Source of the DNA: Candidatus Persebacter sydneyensis
GTDB taxonomy: Bacteria; Pseudomonadota; Gammaproteobacteria; Tethybacterales; Persebacteraceae
Direction of reading: 5' to 3'
NCBI GenBank assembly: GCA_033865115.1
Contig: JAWONR010000175.1
Span: 1 to 46,186 of the forward strand
Length of the DNA stretch: 46,186 bases
A program made the position numbers and the translations under genes. The notes beneath the pieces are model-generated. The model worked only from the letters and a program-made list of their open reading frames with translations, made no database searches and was not told the DNA's origin. Within the stretch, counting starts at the first letter, position 1; each line of letters starts with the position of its first letter. Below are positions 35,896 to 44,427 of this stretch, one piece after another.

Positions 35896-36270
35896 TTATA
35901 GTTTTTCCAATGAACCGGGAGGCAACAACGATTGAATGGACTGCTTTTGGAAAAACATCTGGCTTTTGCCGGTCTCAAGCAAAACGGCGTTGTCCGTGAT
36001 TTTTACAACTTTGCCAAATATCCCGCCCGATGTCAAAACTTCATCACCAACACTCAATGCGTCCAACATGTTGCGGTGCGCCTTCGCGCGTTTTTGTTGC
36101 GGGCGAATTAGGAACAAATAAAAAATAACAACTATGAAAATTAACGGCAATATGCTGCCCAGTGCCGAATGTTCCGCCTCCTGAGCAAACGCCGGGACGG
36201 ACACGCCCGCTGACAATGTAATTAACGCGATATGTGTCCGAAAATTTAACTCTGAAAAATTGAAAGTCAT
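35896..36270 (-). CDS. yajC: Preprotein translocase subunit YajC
   Basis: LPLIFIVVIFYLFLIRPQQKRAKAHRNMLDALSVGDEVLTSGGIFGKV matches the YajC core. Located upstream of secDF. Confidence 0.85.
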   Translation of the reverse strand: MTFNFSELNFRTHIALITLSAGVSVPAFAQEAEHSALGSILPLIFIVVIFYLFLIRPQQKRAKAHRNMLDALSVGDEVLTSGGIFGKVVKITDNAVLLETGKSQMFFQKQSIQSLLPPGSLEKL

Positions 36271-36277
36271 AACCGCT

Positions 36278-36283
36278 ATTATA
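36278..36283 (-). promoter_or_regulatory. Putative extended -10 element (TGTTATAAT) 7 nt upstream of the yajC ATG
   Basis: The minus strand reads CTGTTATAAT-AGCGGTT-ATG, with no Shine-Dalgarno. Confidence 0.4.
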
Positions 36284-36330
36284 ACAGACGGCGGAAGGTT
36301 TTGGGCAGGGCGGGGCGGCTAATCCGCCGC

Positions 36331-36358
36331 CTCCGTCAACCGGTCTCCGTCAACCGGT
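36331..36358. repeat. Perfect 14-bp tandem duplication (CTCCGTCAACCGGT x2) across the ribE stop codon
   Basis: Copy 1 is 36331-36344 and copy 2 is 36345-36358; they are identical and adjacent. Confidence 0.95.
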
Positions 36359-36917
36359 GCAAGTGTCGCGCCAGTAAATCGCTTTCCATATTGACAAAAT
36401 CGCCCGTTTGCAGGCGTCCCAGTGTGGTCGCCGACAGTGTGTGCGGGACGACTTGCACCGCAAAATCCGCCTGTCCAACAGCGGCGACCGTCAATGATAC
36501 TCCGCCCACCGTGACTGACCCCTTCGGAATGATGAATTTCATCAGTGCCGGCGGCGGGGAAAAAACCATACGCCGTCCGTCACCGGATTCCTCCAATATT
36601 GACAGGCAGGCGACTCCTTCCACATGACCAGAGACAAAATGTCCGCCAATTTTGCCGTCCGCCGTCATGGGATGTTCCAAATTGACAGATGCGCCGTTTT
36701 TCCAACCGGCGCAACATGCCGCGGTTTCCAGTGAGATGTCCGCGGTGAAAGAATCCTCCGATATTGTCGTCGCCGTGAGACACGCGCCATCCACGGCAAT
36801 ACTGTCGCCAACGGCGGTATGTTGCAGCCAGTCGGCGGGCGCGCGAATGCGCAACCGTCCGTCCGCAGACGGCGCTTGTAAAACTTCTCCAATAGCGGTA
36901 ATAATGCCGGTAAACAC
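36336..36917 (-). CDS. ribE: Riboflavin synthase (alpha chain)
   Basis: MFTGIITAIGEV start, and two lumazine-binding repeats (GDSIAVDGACLT / GSVTVGGVSLT). Confidence 0.9.
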   Translation of the reverse strand: MFTGIITAIGEVLQAPSADGRLRIRAPADWLQHTAVGDSIAVDGACLTATTISEDSFTADISLETAACCAGWKNGASVNLEHPMTADGKIGGHFVSGHVEGVACLSILEESGDGRRMVFSPPPALMKFIIPKGSVTVGGVSLTVAAVGQADFAVQVVPHTLSATTLGRLQTGDFVNMESDLLARHLHRLTETG

Positions 36918-36934
36918 AACAATTCGCCGCGCCG

Positions 36935-37011
<77 letters not shown>

Positions 37012-37024
37012 GCGCGTCCACGTT

Positions 37025-37030
37025 ATTATA
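37025..37030 (-). promoter_or_regulatory. Putative -10 element (TATAAT) for tRNA-Ile (and possibly ribE)
   Basis: The minus strand reads GTAGTATAAT-AACGTGGACGCGC-GGGTCTG. The hexamer ends 13 nt before the mature tRNA 5' end. Confidence 0.4.
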
Positions 37031-37071
37031 CTACGAAATCCGCATGACTCATGACAAATCGCCGGCGGACA

Positions 37072-39006
37072 TCAGGCGGGAATTTCAATTTTTTCCTTAA
37101 TTGCCTGTATTTTTTTGCGGTCGCCGGAAATCACCAACTCATCACCAATTTGAAGCACCTGTCCAACATCAAACGAACTCATCATTTTCCCGTCCCGCCG
37201 CCACGAGATGATTTTGCAGTCATCCAACACCTCCCGCGCCGCCGCAAATTCGTGCCTCACGCCGAAACCGATAAAAGACTCCGTGCCCGATGACTCATCA
37301 TATAAACTGGCGGCAAATTCGCCGGTAAAAAACGGATTTTCCCGTTTGCGCGCGCGAAGAATAGAGTCGCCCAAACCAATTAAGCCATACACCTTTGCCG
37401 CGAGATGCCGCGCCACCGAAAAACCAAATTCATGCGCGTCCACATACGCGTCATTGGCGCCGGCGTTGATTAACATGTCCGCCATCGCCGCGTTGTCGGC
37501 GCGGGCGATAATCTTTAAACGAGGATTGAGAGACCGCGCGCGCTTGATCGCACTGACCGAATCGGTCGGGTCGGTGTAGGAAATCACCGCCGCGCGCGCC
37601 CGTAAAATATTACCGCTAATTAATCCGTCAATGCTTGACGCCTCGGCGTATACGATATTGTCCACGCCGCCCACTGTTTGCAAAATCTGATAGTTTTCTT
37701 CCAACGCCACATACGGCACTTCCAACTCCCGTAAAATGCCGGCGATCGCTTGTCCGGTGCGACCGTAGCCGCAAATCACCACATGGTCGGTCATTGACAT
37801 GGTTTGTGACAGATTGTCGGTCACTTTTTTCGCGTCGGTCAGCCAGTCCCGCCTGGATAACAGGCGCAAAAACAATGTCCGCCGACGCCAAACAAACGGC
37901 GCCGCTATCAGCGCGATTAAGTTCGTCGACAATAAAAATTGAAAAACCGAATCTTCAATAATGTCCGAACTGCGCGCGAGTGTCAGCAAAATAAAGCCGA
38001 ATTCACCCGCTCCGCACAATAACAGGGAGGTATATACCGCCGTTTTGAAATGCGTCCCCAACGCCCGCGCGCAAAAAAATATCAAAATCCCCTTCACCAC
38101 CAATAATCCCGCCGCCGCCAGTACCGGCGTCCAGTGCGTCAGCATATACCACGGATCCGCCACCAAACCCAGCGATACAAAGAAAAAGCCGAGAAAAACA
38201 TGACGAAACGGCTCCACAATCCGCGATACCCGGTAGCGGTGCAGGGTCTCCGACATCAAAATACCCGCGACAAAAGCGCCAAGTGCGTATGACAATCCCA
38301 ACCACGCCGACAACCCGGACATCACACAAATGATCATAATCAAATTCAACATGTACAACTCTTTGTCGCCGCGCTCGCCCACAAAATTCAGCCAGGATGA
38401 CATCACCGGCGCGCCCAGATATAACACCACCACTAAAACTCCCCCCGCCTTTAAAAACACCAGAACGGTCGTGTATAACAGGGACTCCGCGCTGGTGCCG
38501 GACGAAAAAATGACGATGAGCGGGATGACCGCCAAATCCTGGAACAATAAAACGCCCATGGAACGGTTGCCCGTCGGAGACGACAAAATGTTTTCATTGA
38601 TCAAAATCTGACTGACAATCGCGGTGGACGACATCGCGGCTACGCAACCCGCCAAAAAAGACAGCATGACTTCACCGGTCAGCCACCACGTTATGCCTCC
38701 AAATAATATCGTCGTGAGAATGGTTTGCGCTCCGCCCAGCCACAAAACATAGTCCCGAATCGTCCGCAACGCGCTTAAACTGAACTTCAGACCGATGGCA
38801 AACAACAAAAAAATCAAACCGATTTCAGCGGTGACATGCACTGTCGCATTGTTGTCCAAAACTCCCAATCCACTGGGGCCCACGAGCATCCCGGTGATGA
38901 AATAGGCGGGAATTGTCGGCCAACGGAAAAAAGACAACAACATCACCATCGCAACCGAAGATGCGAAGAGGAAAATGATTATAACAATTGGATTAATATC
39001 TGTCAT
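37072..39006 (-). CDS. Monovalent cation:proton antiporter-2 (CPA2) family K+ efflux/antiport protein with RCK (TrkA-N/TrkA-C) domains
   Basis: 644 aa. About 12 TM Na+/H+-exchanger-type segments, then a Rossmann HVVICGYGRTG motif and a C-terminal TrkA-C-like region (KefB/KefC/YbaL architecture). Confidence 0.85.
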   Translation of the reverse strand: MTDINPIVIIIFLFASSVAMVMLLSFFRWPTIPAYFITGMLVGPSGLGVLDNNATVHVTAEIGLIFLLFAIGLKFSLSALRTIRDYVLWLGGAQTILTTILFGGITWWLTGEVMLSFLAGCVAAMSSTAIVSQILINENILSSPTGNRSMGVLLFQDLAVIPLIVIFSSGTSAESLLYTTVLVFLKAGGVLVVVLYLGAPVMSSWLNFVGERGDKELYMLNLIMIICVMSGLSAWLGLSYALGAFVAGILMSETLHRYRVSRIVEPFRHVFLGFFFVSLGLVADPWYMLTHWTPVLAAAGLLVVKGILIFFCARALGTHFKTAVYTSLLLCGAGEFGFILLTLARSSDIIEDSVFQFLLSTNLIALIAAPFVWRRRTLFLRLLSRRDWLTDAKKVTDNLSQTMSMTDHVVICGYGRTGQAIAGILRELEVPYVALEENYQILQTVGGVDNIVYAEASSIDGLISGNILRARAAVISYTDPTDSVSAIKRARSLNPRLKIIARADNAAMADMLINAGANDAYVDAHEFGFSVARHLAAKVYGLIGLGDSILRARKRENPFFTGEFAASLYDESSGTESFIGFGVRHEFAAAREVLDDCKIISWRRDGKMMSSFDVGQVLQIGDELVISGDRKKIQAIKEKIEIPA

Positions 39007-39022
39007 GTCCGCCTTTGTGGAG

Positions 39023-39028
39023 TATAAT
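39023..39028 (+). promoter_or_regulatory. Putative -10 element (TATAAT) for efp
   Basis: GGAGTATAAT lies 31 nt upstream of ATG 39060, which is preceded by GGAGG (39051-39055). Confidence 0.4.
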
Positions 39029-39059
39029 TAGCCCGATTTTACACTTTTATGGAGGCTTT

Positions 39060-39626
39060 ATGGCAAAGATTTCGGCGACCGAAGTTCGAGGCGGTATTTT
39101 GGTGGAGATTGAAGGACGACTGTGGCGCGTGATGCGTGCGCGGCATGTTCATGTCGGCGGGCGAGGCGGCGCCTATATGCAAGTGGAGGTCAAAGACATC
39201 TCCACCGGCGGCAAAAACAGCTTCCGCCTGCGCACCGATGACAAAGTCGAACGCCCCTTTGTGGAACAGCGCAAAATGCGCTTTTTATACCGCGAAGGCG
39301 AGGATTTTGTGATGATGGATGAGGATAATTTTGAGCAAACATCCCTCTCCGCCGACTTTTTTGAGGGGCGTGAGGGCTATCTGCTGCCCGATACGGTCGT
39401 GGAGGTGAATTTGTACGAAGAGCGACCCATCGGCGTCACTCTGCCGCCGTCCGTGGATTTGCGCATCACCGAGACCGACCCCCAGGCAAAGGGGGCGACA
39501 GCGACATCTTCATACAAACCGGCGCTTTTGGAGACCGGCATCACCGTGATGGTGCCGCCGTTTGTCGCCAGCGGTGAGACCGTCCGGGTCAACACCGACA
39601 GCGGCGAATATATGGAGAGAATATGA
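39060..39626 (+). CDS. efp: Elongation factor P
   Basis: 188 aa, colinear with EF-P (three OB/KOW-like domains; C-terminal ETDPQAKGATATSSYKPALLETG...SGEYMERI). The start is set at the ATG with a GGAGG ribosome-binding site. Confidence 0.9.
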   Translation: MAKISATEVRGGILVEIEGRLWRVMRARHVHVGGRGGAYMQVEVKDISTGGKNSFRLRTDDKVERPFVEQRKMRFLYREGEDFVMMDEDNFEQTSLSADFFEGREGYLLPDTVVEVNLYEERPIGVTLPPSVDLRITETDPQAKGATATSSYKPALLETGITVMVPPFVASGETVRVNTDSGEYMERI

Positions 39627-39678
39627 GCGCGCGCAATTTTTTTTCTTCGGCGCGCATGTCGGCGCGCGCTATATGGGG

Positions 39679-39684
39679 TATAAT
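39679..39684 (+). promoter_or_regulatory. Putative -10 element (TATAAT) for the cold-shock gene
   Basis: GGGGTATAAT lies 52 nt upstream of ATG 39737. Confidence 0.35.
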
Positions 39685-39736
39685 ACTCCGCAATCGCGCA
39701 GGCGATGATGACAACACAAAACAAGAGAGACAAGAC

Positions 39737-39949
39737 ATGACAGAAGAAGTGACAGGTACAGTGAAGTGGTTTAATGACGAAAAAGGCTTTGGTTTTATCG
39801 GACAGGGAGAAGGTGAACCAGATGTTTTCGTGCATTATAAAAATATTGTCGCAGAAGGACGTAGAACCTTGCGCGAGGGACAAAAAGTCACCATGAAAGT
39901 GACCAATGGCGCCAAAGGACTGTCGGCGGAGAACGTAAAACCAATGTAG
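39737..39949 (+). CDS. Cold-shock protein (CspA family)
   Basis: 70 aa. GTVKWFNDEKGFGFI (RNP1) and DVFVHY (RNP2) motifs. Confidence 0.92.
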   Translation: MTEEVTGTVKWFNDEKGFGFIGQGEGEPDVFVHYKNIVAEGRRTLREGQKVTMKVTNGAKGLSAENVKPM

Positions 39950-39954
39950 GTTTT

Positions 39955-41091
39955 TTACTGATGCGGATGCGCACCAACAATGCGCGCATAAATGTCCGCG
40001 TCAGTTGCGCCCTCGGTGCCGAATACTACCACGTGACTTTCGCCGTTTAGGCAGATGTCGTTGCGTACGCGCGACTGCTTCGCCGCCGCCAAAAGTCCCG
40101 CCAGTCCTGCGACTCCGGATTCGCCGGATTCAATCTGCTCGCCCGCTAAATAACGCATTAGCGGCGGTATCGCCTCGTCTTCAATCGTCATGAAGTGATG
40201 CGCTCCCGCGCGTAACACCGGCCACGCCATCGCCGACGGCTCGCCGCAACTCAATCCCGCCATGAGAGTTTCTTCTTCAATCTCCACCGGCGTTAATTGA
40301 CGTTGTCGCGCGCTTTGATATAAACAATCCGCCAGAGACGGTTCCACAATTGTCATGTCGGGACGGCGCTTGCCGAGTTTGTGCCAAAACCACCCGCATA
40401 TCGCCGCCGCCAAACCGCCTACGCCGCCTTGTACAAAAACATGAGTCGGCGCCGAGGGGAGTTGTTGTAGTGTCTCTTCCGCCATCGTGCAATAACCCGC
40501 CATGACTTGTCCCGGCATTTCTTCGCCGGCGCCGGTGGCGGTGTCGGCAACGACCGTCCAGCCGTTTTTGTCCGCGTCATCGGCGGCGAGCCGTACTGAG
40601 TCATCATAATTGCCGTCAATGCGTATGACCGTTGCGCCGAGTGATTCTATCGCCTGTTGCCGCTGTTCGCTGACGGCGGCATGAATGTAAATCCGACACT
40701 GACATCCCGCCTGTTTGGCGCCCCATGCCACCGCCCGTCCATGATTGCCGTCCGTCGCCGAAACGACAGTGATGTCGCGAGGATTGTCGCTTTTGGCGAC
40801 AAGTTTTGATACCGCATACGCGCCTCCCAAGGCTTTGAAACTGCCAAGCCCAAATCGCCCGCTTTCATCTTTGTAATATACGCGGGCGACACCCGCCGCT
40901 TCCGCGATTTTCGGCAAATCGCGCAACGGCGTCGGTTTATAGTCCGCCCAACAACTAATGTCGGCGATGGCGCGCTCGCCGTTTTCCGGCGATAACGAGG
41001 TGTGTAAGTGAGTCGGATAGCTGCCCGATGCTGAAACATCCACATTCGCGCAGTGCCGTGTTTTGGTGTTTTCGTATAGTTGCCAGTCCAT
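39955..41091 (-). CDS. dpaL: Diaminopropionate ammonia-lyase (PLP-dependent)
   Basis: Colinear with E. coli YgeX/DpaL: YKPTPL, KDESGRFGLGSFKALGGAYA (PLP lysine), TDGNHGRAVAW, MAGLSCGEPS, SGESGVAGLAGL, GTEGATD. The start is set at ATG 41091 (MDWQLYEN). Confidence 0.85.
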   Translation of the reverse strand: MDWQLYENTKTRHCANVDVSASGSYPTHLHTSLSPENGERAIADISCWADYKPTPLRDLPKIAEAAGVARVYYKDESGRFGLGSFKALGGAYAVSKLVAKSDNPRDITVVSATDGNHGRAVAWGAKQAGCQCRIYIHAAVSEQRQQAIESLGATVIRIDGNYDDSVRLAADDADKNGWTVVADTATGAGEEMPGQVMAGYCTMAEETLQQLPSAPTHVFVQGGVGGLAAAICGWFWHKLGKRRPDMTIVEPSLADCLYQSARQRQLTPVEIEEETLMAGLSCGEPSAMAWPVLRAGAHHFMTIEDEAIPPLMRYLAGEQIESGESGVAGLAGLLAAAKQSRVRNDICLNGESHVVVFGTEGATDADIYARIVGAHPHQ

Positions 41092-41843
41092 TATGCCTCC
41101 TGTAAAAGTGCGCCAAATCCCTTTATTGGCGCGGCGTATCCCGCAATTTTCGCCGCATGCCAAGCCAATACCTGATTACTCGTCAATACCGGGCGTTTAA
41201 TACGCCGCTCCAACTCATCAATTATAAATGAAGCGCGAAACGCCGTGCAGGCGATAAACAACGCCTCCGCCTGTGAATCACAGGCTTCTTCGGCATAACG
41301 GATGATGTCGGCGGGTTCAATGTCGGCGACCTCGGTGTCATCGGTAAAACCCAGTCCGTTAATATTGATAATATCAACGCCGTTACTCGCGATATGCTCG
41401 GCAACGGCGCGATTGAGTTCACCGATATACGGCGTGAGAATACTCAGCCGCCGCACGCCTAAATGTTGTCGGGCGGCGTCTAATGCGACAAGCGGAGTCG
41501 TGATTTCCGCCTGCGGATGTGATGTGCGGATACTTTCCGCAATGCGAGCATGTCCGATTGCCGCCGAGCCAGAAGTGCAAGCGTATACCGCCGCCGTAAT
41601 GCCGCGTCCGGGTAATAATCCCTCCGCGGCGCGGGCGATGTCGCCGCGCATGGCGCGTAAATTGTCGATTGTCAGCGGGTTGGCGTTTAACACTCGGTTG
41701 GTGTACATGGACACTTGCGGCGGCAACATGCGCGGCATGTCCGCTTCAATTGTCAAATCGGTCGCCAAGGCAATAACGCCAATACGGGCGCCGTCCGGTC
41801 GCAGTTTGCCGGAAAATCCAACATCGTTAATTTCCATACTCAT
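41091..41843 (-). CDS. Asp/Glu/hydantoin-racemase superfamily protein (EutA / maleate isomerase / arylmalonate decarboxylase-like)
   Basis: 250 aa. It shows the two-lobed pattern IGVIALATD...VYACTSGS...ALFIACTAF...PVLTSNQ, with the two conserved Cys-containing loops typical of this superfamily. The precise activity is not inferable. Confidence 0.7.
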   Translation of the reverse strand: MSMEINDVGFSGKLRPDGARIGVIALATDLTIEADMPRMLPPQVSMYTNRVLNANPLTIDNLRAMRGDIARAAEGLLPGRGITAAVYACTSGSAAIGHARIAESIRTSHPQAEITTPLVALDAARQHLGVRRLSILTPYIGELNRAVAEHIASNGVDIININGLGFTDDTEVADIEPADIIRYAEEACDSQAEALFIACTAFRASFIIDELERRIKRPVLTSNQVLAWHAAKIAGYAAPIKGFGALLQEA

Positions 41844-43000
41844 TGAATAACCGGTAATTCCTCATCGGCGGGTATGCCCAGCCATTGTGCGCCGTCTTCG
41901 ACGATAACAATGTTTTCTTCGCGCACGAGTTGTCCGCCGTCAACCGTCATGCTGGGTTCCAGTGCTAAAACCATCCCACATTGTAACGGCACATGGACAT
42001 CCGGGGCGATAGACGGCGGTTCGGTCAGTTGTAAACCAATGCCGTGTCCCATGCGTCCAATGTCGCCGGGAGTTGGGATTTCCGCCCGCATCGCCTGCCA
42101 TATATCGGCGGGAGTCGCTCCCGGACGTGCGGCGGCGGCTCCCGCTTGCAATGCACGATATAAGGCGCAGTGTGCACTTTCGGCGGCGGCGGTTGCATGT
42201 CCAATCGCATAGTTCCGATTGAAGTCGCAAAAGTATTCGTCAAAAACCGCGCCAATGTCAATCATTAAAATCTCCCCCGCTGCGGGTGTTTTGTCTCCGG
42301 GCGGCATAATTACCGTATCATACCCGTCCGTCCCCGAAGCGGCGGCGACATAGGGAATGTCATCAATGCCATTTTGCCACATGTGAGTTTGTAACAGGCG
42401 ACAATATTCACGCTCGGCGCGTGAATCGCCGGCGGCATCTTGTGGCAGGGAGGTGAAAGCAGCGGCGGAAAGCCGTGCGGCATGATTGATTTTCGCCACT
42501 TCCGCCGGTGATTTGAGCATTCGTAAATCACGCAACAATTCCCCGCAATCCACAATCGGCGGCGATGATTCGCGTAGTTTTAAAAAATCAGACATGGGCA
42601 TGCGCACGACATTCTCCGCGCCCAGTGGCATGCCAATTTGTCCAAATCGTCCGCCGACTTCCTGCAATAACGCCGACAGTAATGAAATGCCTTCGTCATG
42701 CGGACGCGGCGAGGGCCAACAGCGAATATCATCCAACCAAGTCGCCGCCATGCCGGCGTATCCTATTTCGGGAATGACTGCCACTGGTTTGCCTTCCGCC
42801 GGCAGTAACAGAAACCACGGACGCGAGGGACTTTGCCAAAAACGAGTGATAAATCCGCTGAAATAACTAATGTCGGCGGCGGCGGTCAGTAATATCGCGT
42901 CCAGTTGCGCCGCCGCCATTTGTCTCTGCGCGCGCGCCGTGCGAGATTCGTATTCGCTTTTGGGAAATCCGCGAGGCGGTAAATCATCCATTTTCATCAT
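41840..43000 (-). CDS. M24-family metallohydrolase (creatinase/prolidase fold; ectoine-hydrolase-like)
   Basis: 386 aa. A creatinase-type N-domain is followed by a pita-bread domain with the D..D..H(GIG)..E..E metal-ligand pattern (MIDIGAVFDEY, HGIGLQLTEPP, LALEP, REEN). Confidence 0.8.
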   Translation of the reverse strand: MMKMDDLPPRGFPKSEYESRTARAQRQMAAAQLDAILLTAAADISYFSGFITRFWQSPSRPWFLLLPAEGKPVAVIPEIGYAGMAATWLDDIRCWPSPRPHDEGISLLSALLQEVGGRFGQIGMPLGAENVVRMPMSDFLKLRESSPPIVDCGELLRDLRMLKSPAEVAKINHAARLSAAAFTSLPQDAAGDSRAEREYCRLLQTHMWQNGIDDIPYVAAASGTDGYDTVIMPPGDKTPAAGEILMIDIGAVFDEYFCDFNRNYAIGHATAAAESAHCALYRALQAGAAAARPGATPADIWQAMRAEIPTPGDIGRMGHGIGLQLTEPPSIAPDVHVPLQCGMVLALEPSMTVDGGQLVREENIVIVEDGAQWLGIPADEELPVIQ

Positions 43001-43001
43001 A

Positions 43002-43601
43002 TTAATTCACGCCTTCGCGCCGCCGACCTTTGGCAATTTTCAACAATTTCGCCAAATCTTTGCGTATTGCATAAGCATCCAGCGCCGGTGAAAAACGCAT
43101 GGCGATGACGCCGTCCGGGTCTATGAGATATAAATAATCCGCGCGCCGGTGCGGCGGAGTCGGTGATGGCAGATCCGTCATGTCGCCGCGCACCGACAAT
43201 ACGCCTTCACTTACATTCGCCGCCGGCGCATCGGCGGCATATTCGGCGGCGCGCGCTTCGCCGCAATCGATGGAAGTTTCAATTAACGGCGCTTTGTCCG
43301 CTCCATCGGGTCGCAACCATGCACGTTGCAGGCGGAAATAATGTCCGGGCAACATCAAGCGCAGTTGTCGCATTTGACACAGTCGTTTTTGACATGCCGG
43401 CGGACATGCCTCTTCGCCCGAAGCATATAACAATGTCCATTTTCCGGCGTTCAATCCCCATTGTTCAGGGACGGTTTGCGGCGGCAACACTTCACCCTGC
43501 GCGACATTGGTTTGCGGCGGCGCGAAATAGTACAACAATGTCGCCCCCAACGGCGTCATCACGCCGATGAGGACAATTAAGATGAGTGGTAGACGGCGCA
43601 T
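43002..43601 (-). CDS. Hypothetical membrane-anchored protein with a CxxxC motif, encoded downstream of SURF1
   Basis: 199 aa. N-terminal TM helix (LPLILIVLIGVMTPLGATLLYYF), a CPPAC motif and a further Cys 5 residues on. It starts 9 nt after the SURF1 stop. Confidence 0.55.
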   Translation of the reverse strand: MRRLPLILIVLIGVMTPLGATLLYYFAPPQTNVAQGEVLPPQTVPEQWGLNAGKWTLLYASGEEACPPACQKRLCQMRQLRLMLPGHYFRLQRAWLRPDGADKAPLIETSIDCGEARAAEYAADAPAANVSEGVLSVRGDMTDLPSPTPPHRRADYLYLIDPDGVIAMRFSPALDAYAIRKDLAKLLKIAKGRRREGVN

Positions 43602-43610
43602 TGTCGTATT

Positions 43611-44315
43611 TTAATCCCGCGCGCCCCGTCGCATGCCTAATATGATGTAAAACACCAGCGTGAGAAAACAAAAAGTGAGCCACTGCCACGCATAACCGAT
43701 GCTTTGTTGGGATTTGAAATTGACCCGCACTGTCGCCGGCGGCAGTCCGCCGGCGTTGTCTTCCGCCAGTAATACCAAAGAAACAAGCGGCAAATTGGCG
43801 GAGGCGGCGTATTTCTGTAAATCCAAATTTTGCCAAACACCGTCCTGCTCCGTTTGGGCGGATAATACAAACGCATCGGCGTTGTCTTTTTGTAAGACAC
43901 CATGAACGGTCAATTGTCCTCGCGGCGGAGGCGGAATGTCGGCGTCTTTTCTTACCCAGCCGCGATTGACGGCGATTGCGCCGCCGTCTTTCAACATCAG
44001 CGGCGTGATGACATGTACGCCCGGAATTTTATGACGCACCTTGTTGTCTATCAATATTTGTCGTTCGGGGAGATATTCCCCCGTTGCCGCCGCTCGTTGA
44101 TAAGGACCCAACACCGAGTCGGCGTATAACGGCAACGGCGCGGCGCGTAAAGAATCGCGGGCGGTTTGTTCGAGCGCGGCTTTTTGTTCGGCGCGGTCAA
44201 ACTGCCACACCGCGAGTCGTGCGGTCAACAACATCAACAGCACCGCCGCCAAAGTCAGCAACCACGACGGGCGAAAACGGCGTTTGCCGGAGGATGAAAT
44301 GGAATCGGCGGACAT
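43611..44315 (-). CDS. SURF1/Shy1-family cytochrome c oxidase assembly protein
   Basis: 234 aa. N- and C-terminal TM helices flank a periplasmic domain with the LAVWQFDRAEQK and VNRGWV signatures. Confidence 0.8.
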   Translation of the reverse strand: MSADSISSSGKRRFRPSWLLTLAAVLLMLLTARLAVWQFDRAEQKAALEQTARDSLRAAPLPLYADSVLGPYQRAAATGEYLPERQILIDNKVRHKIPGVHVITPLMLKDGGAIAVNRGWVRKDADIPPPPRGQLTVHGVLQKDNADAFVLSAQTEQDGVWQNLDLQKYAASANLPLVSLVLLAEDNAGGLPPATVRVNFKSQQSIGYAWQWLTFCFLTLVFYIILGMRRGARD

Positions 44316-44415
44316 GTGATAATTGTAGCCGTTGTTTCCGTGATTTTGGCGAGAATGGCTTTTTGGGAGATTAAAATGAAATTATAGAAAATTTTGCGGC
44401 GGCTGGTTTTTGGCG

Positions 44416-44421
44416 TAAAAT
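44416..44421 (+). promoter_or_regulatory. Putative -10-like element (TAAAAT) 6 nt upstream of the ATG at 44428
   Basis: GGCGTAAAAT-CGGCGC-ATG, with no Shine-Dalgarno. Confidence 0.3.
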
Positions 44422-44427
44422 CGGCGC

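Noticed and set aside
39627-39680. GC palindromes and a T8 run after efp (GCGCGCGCAATTTTTTTT..CGGCGCGCATGTCGGCGCGCGC), considered as an intrinsic terminator or a repeat element.
   Set aside because: The T-run is not preceded by a convincing hairpin. The GCGC tracts are self-complementary in many registers, so no single structure is supported. There is no second copy elsewhere in the window to indicate a REP-type element.
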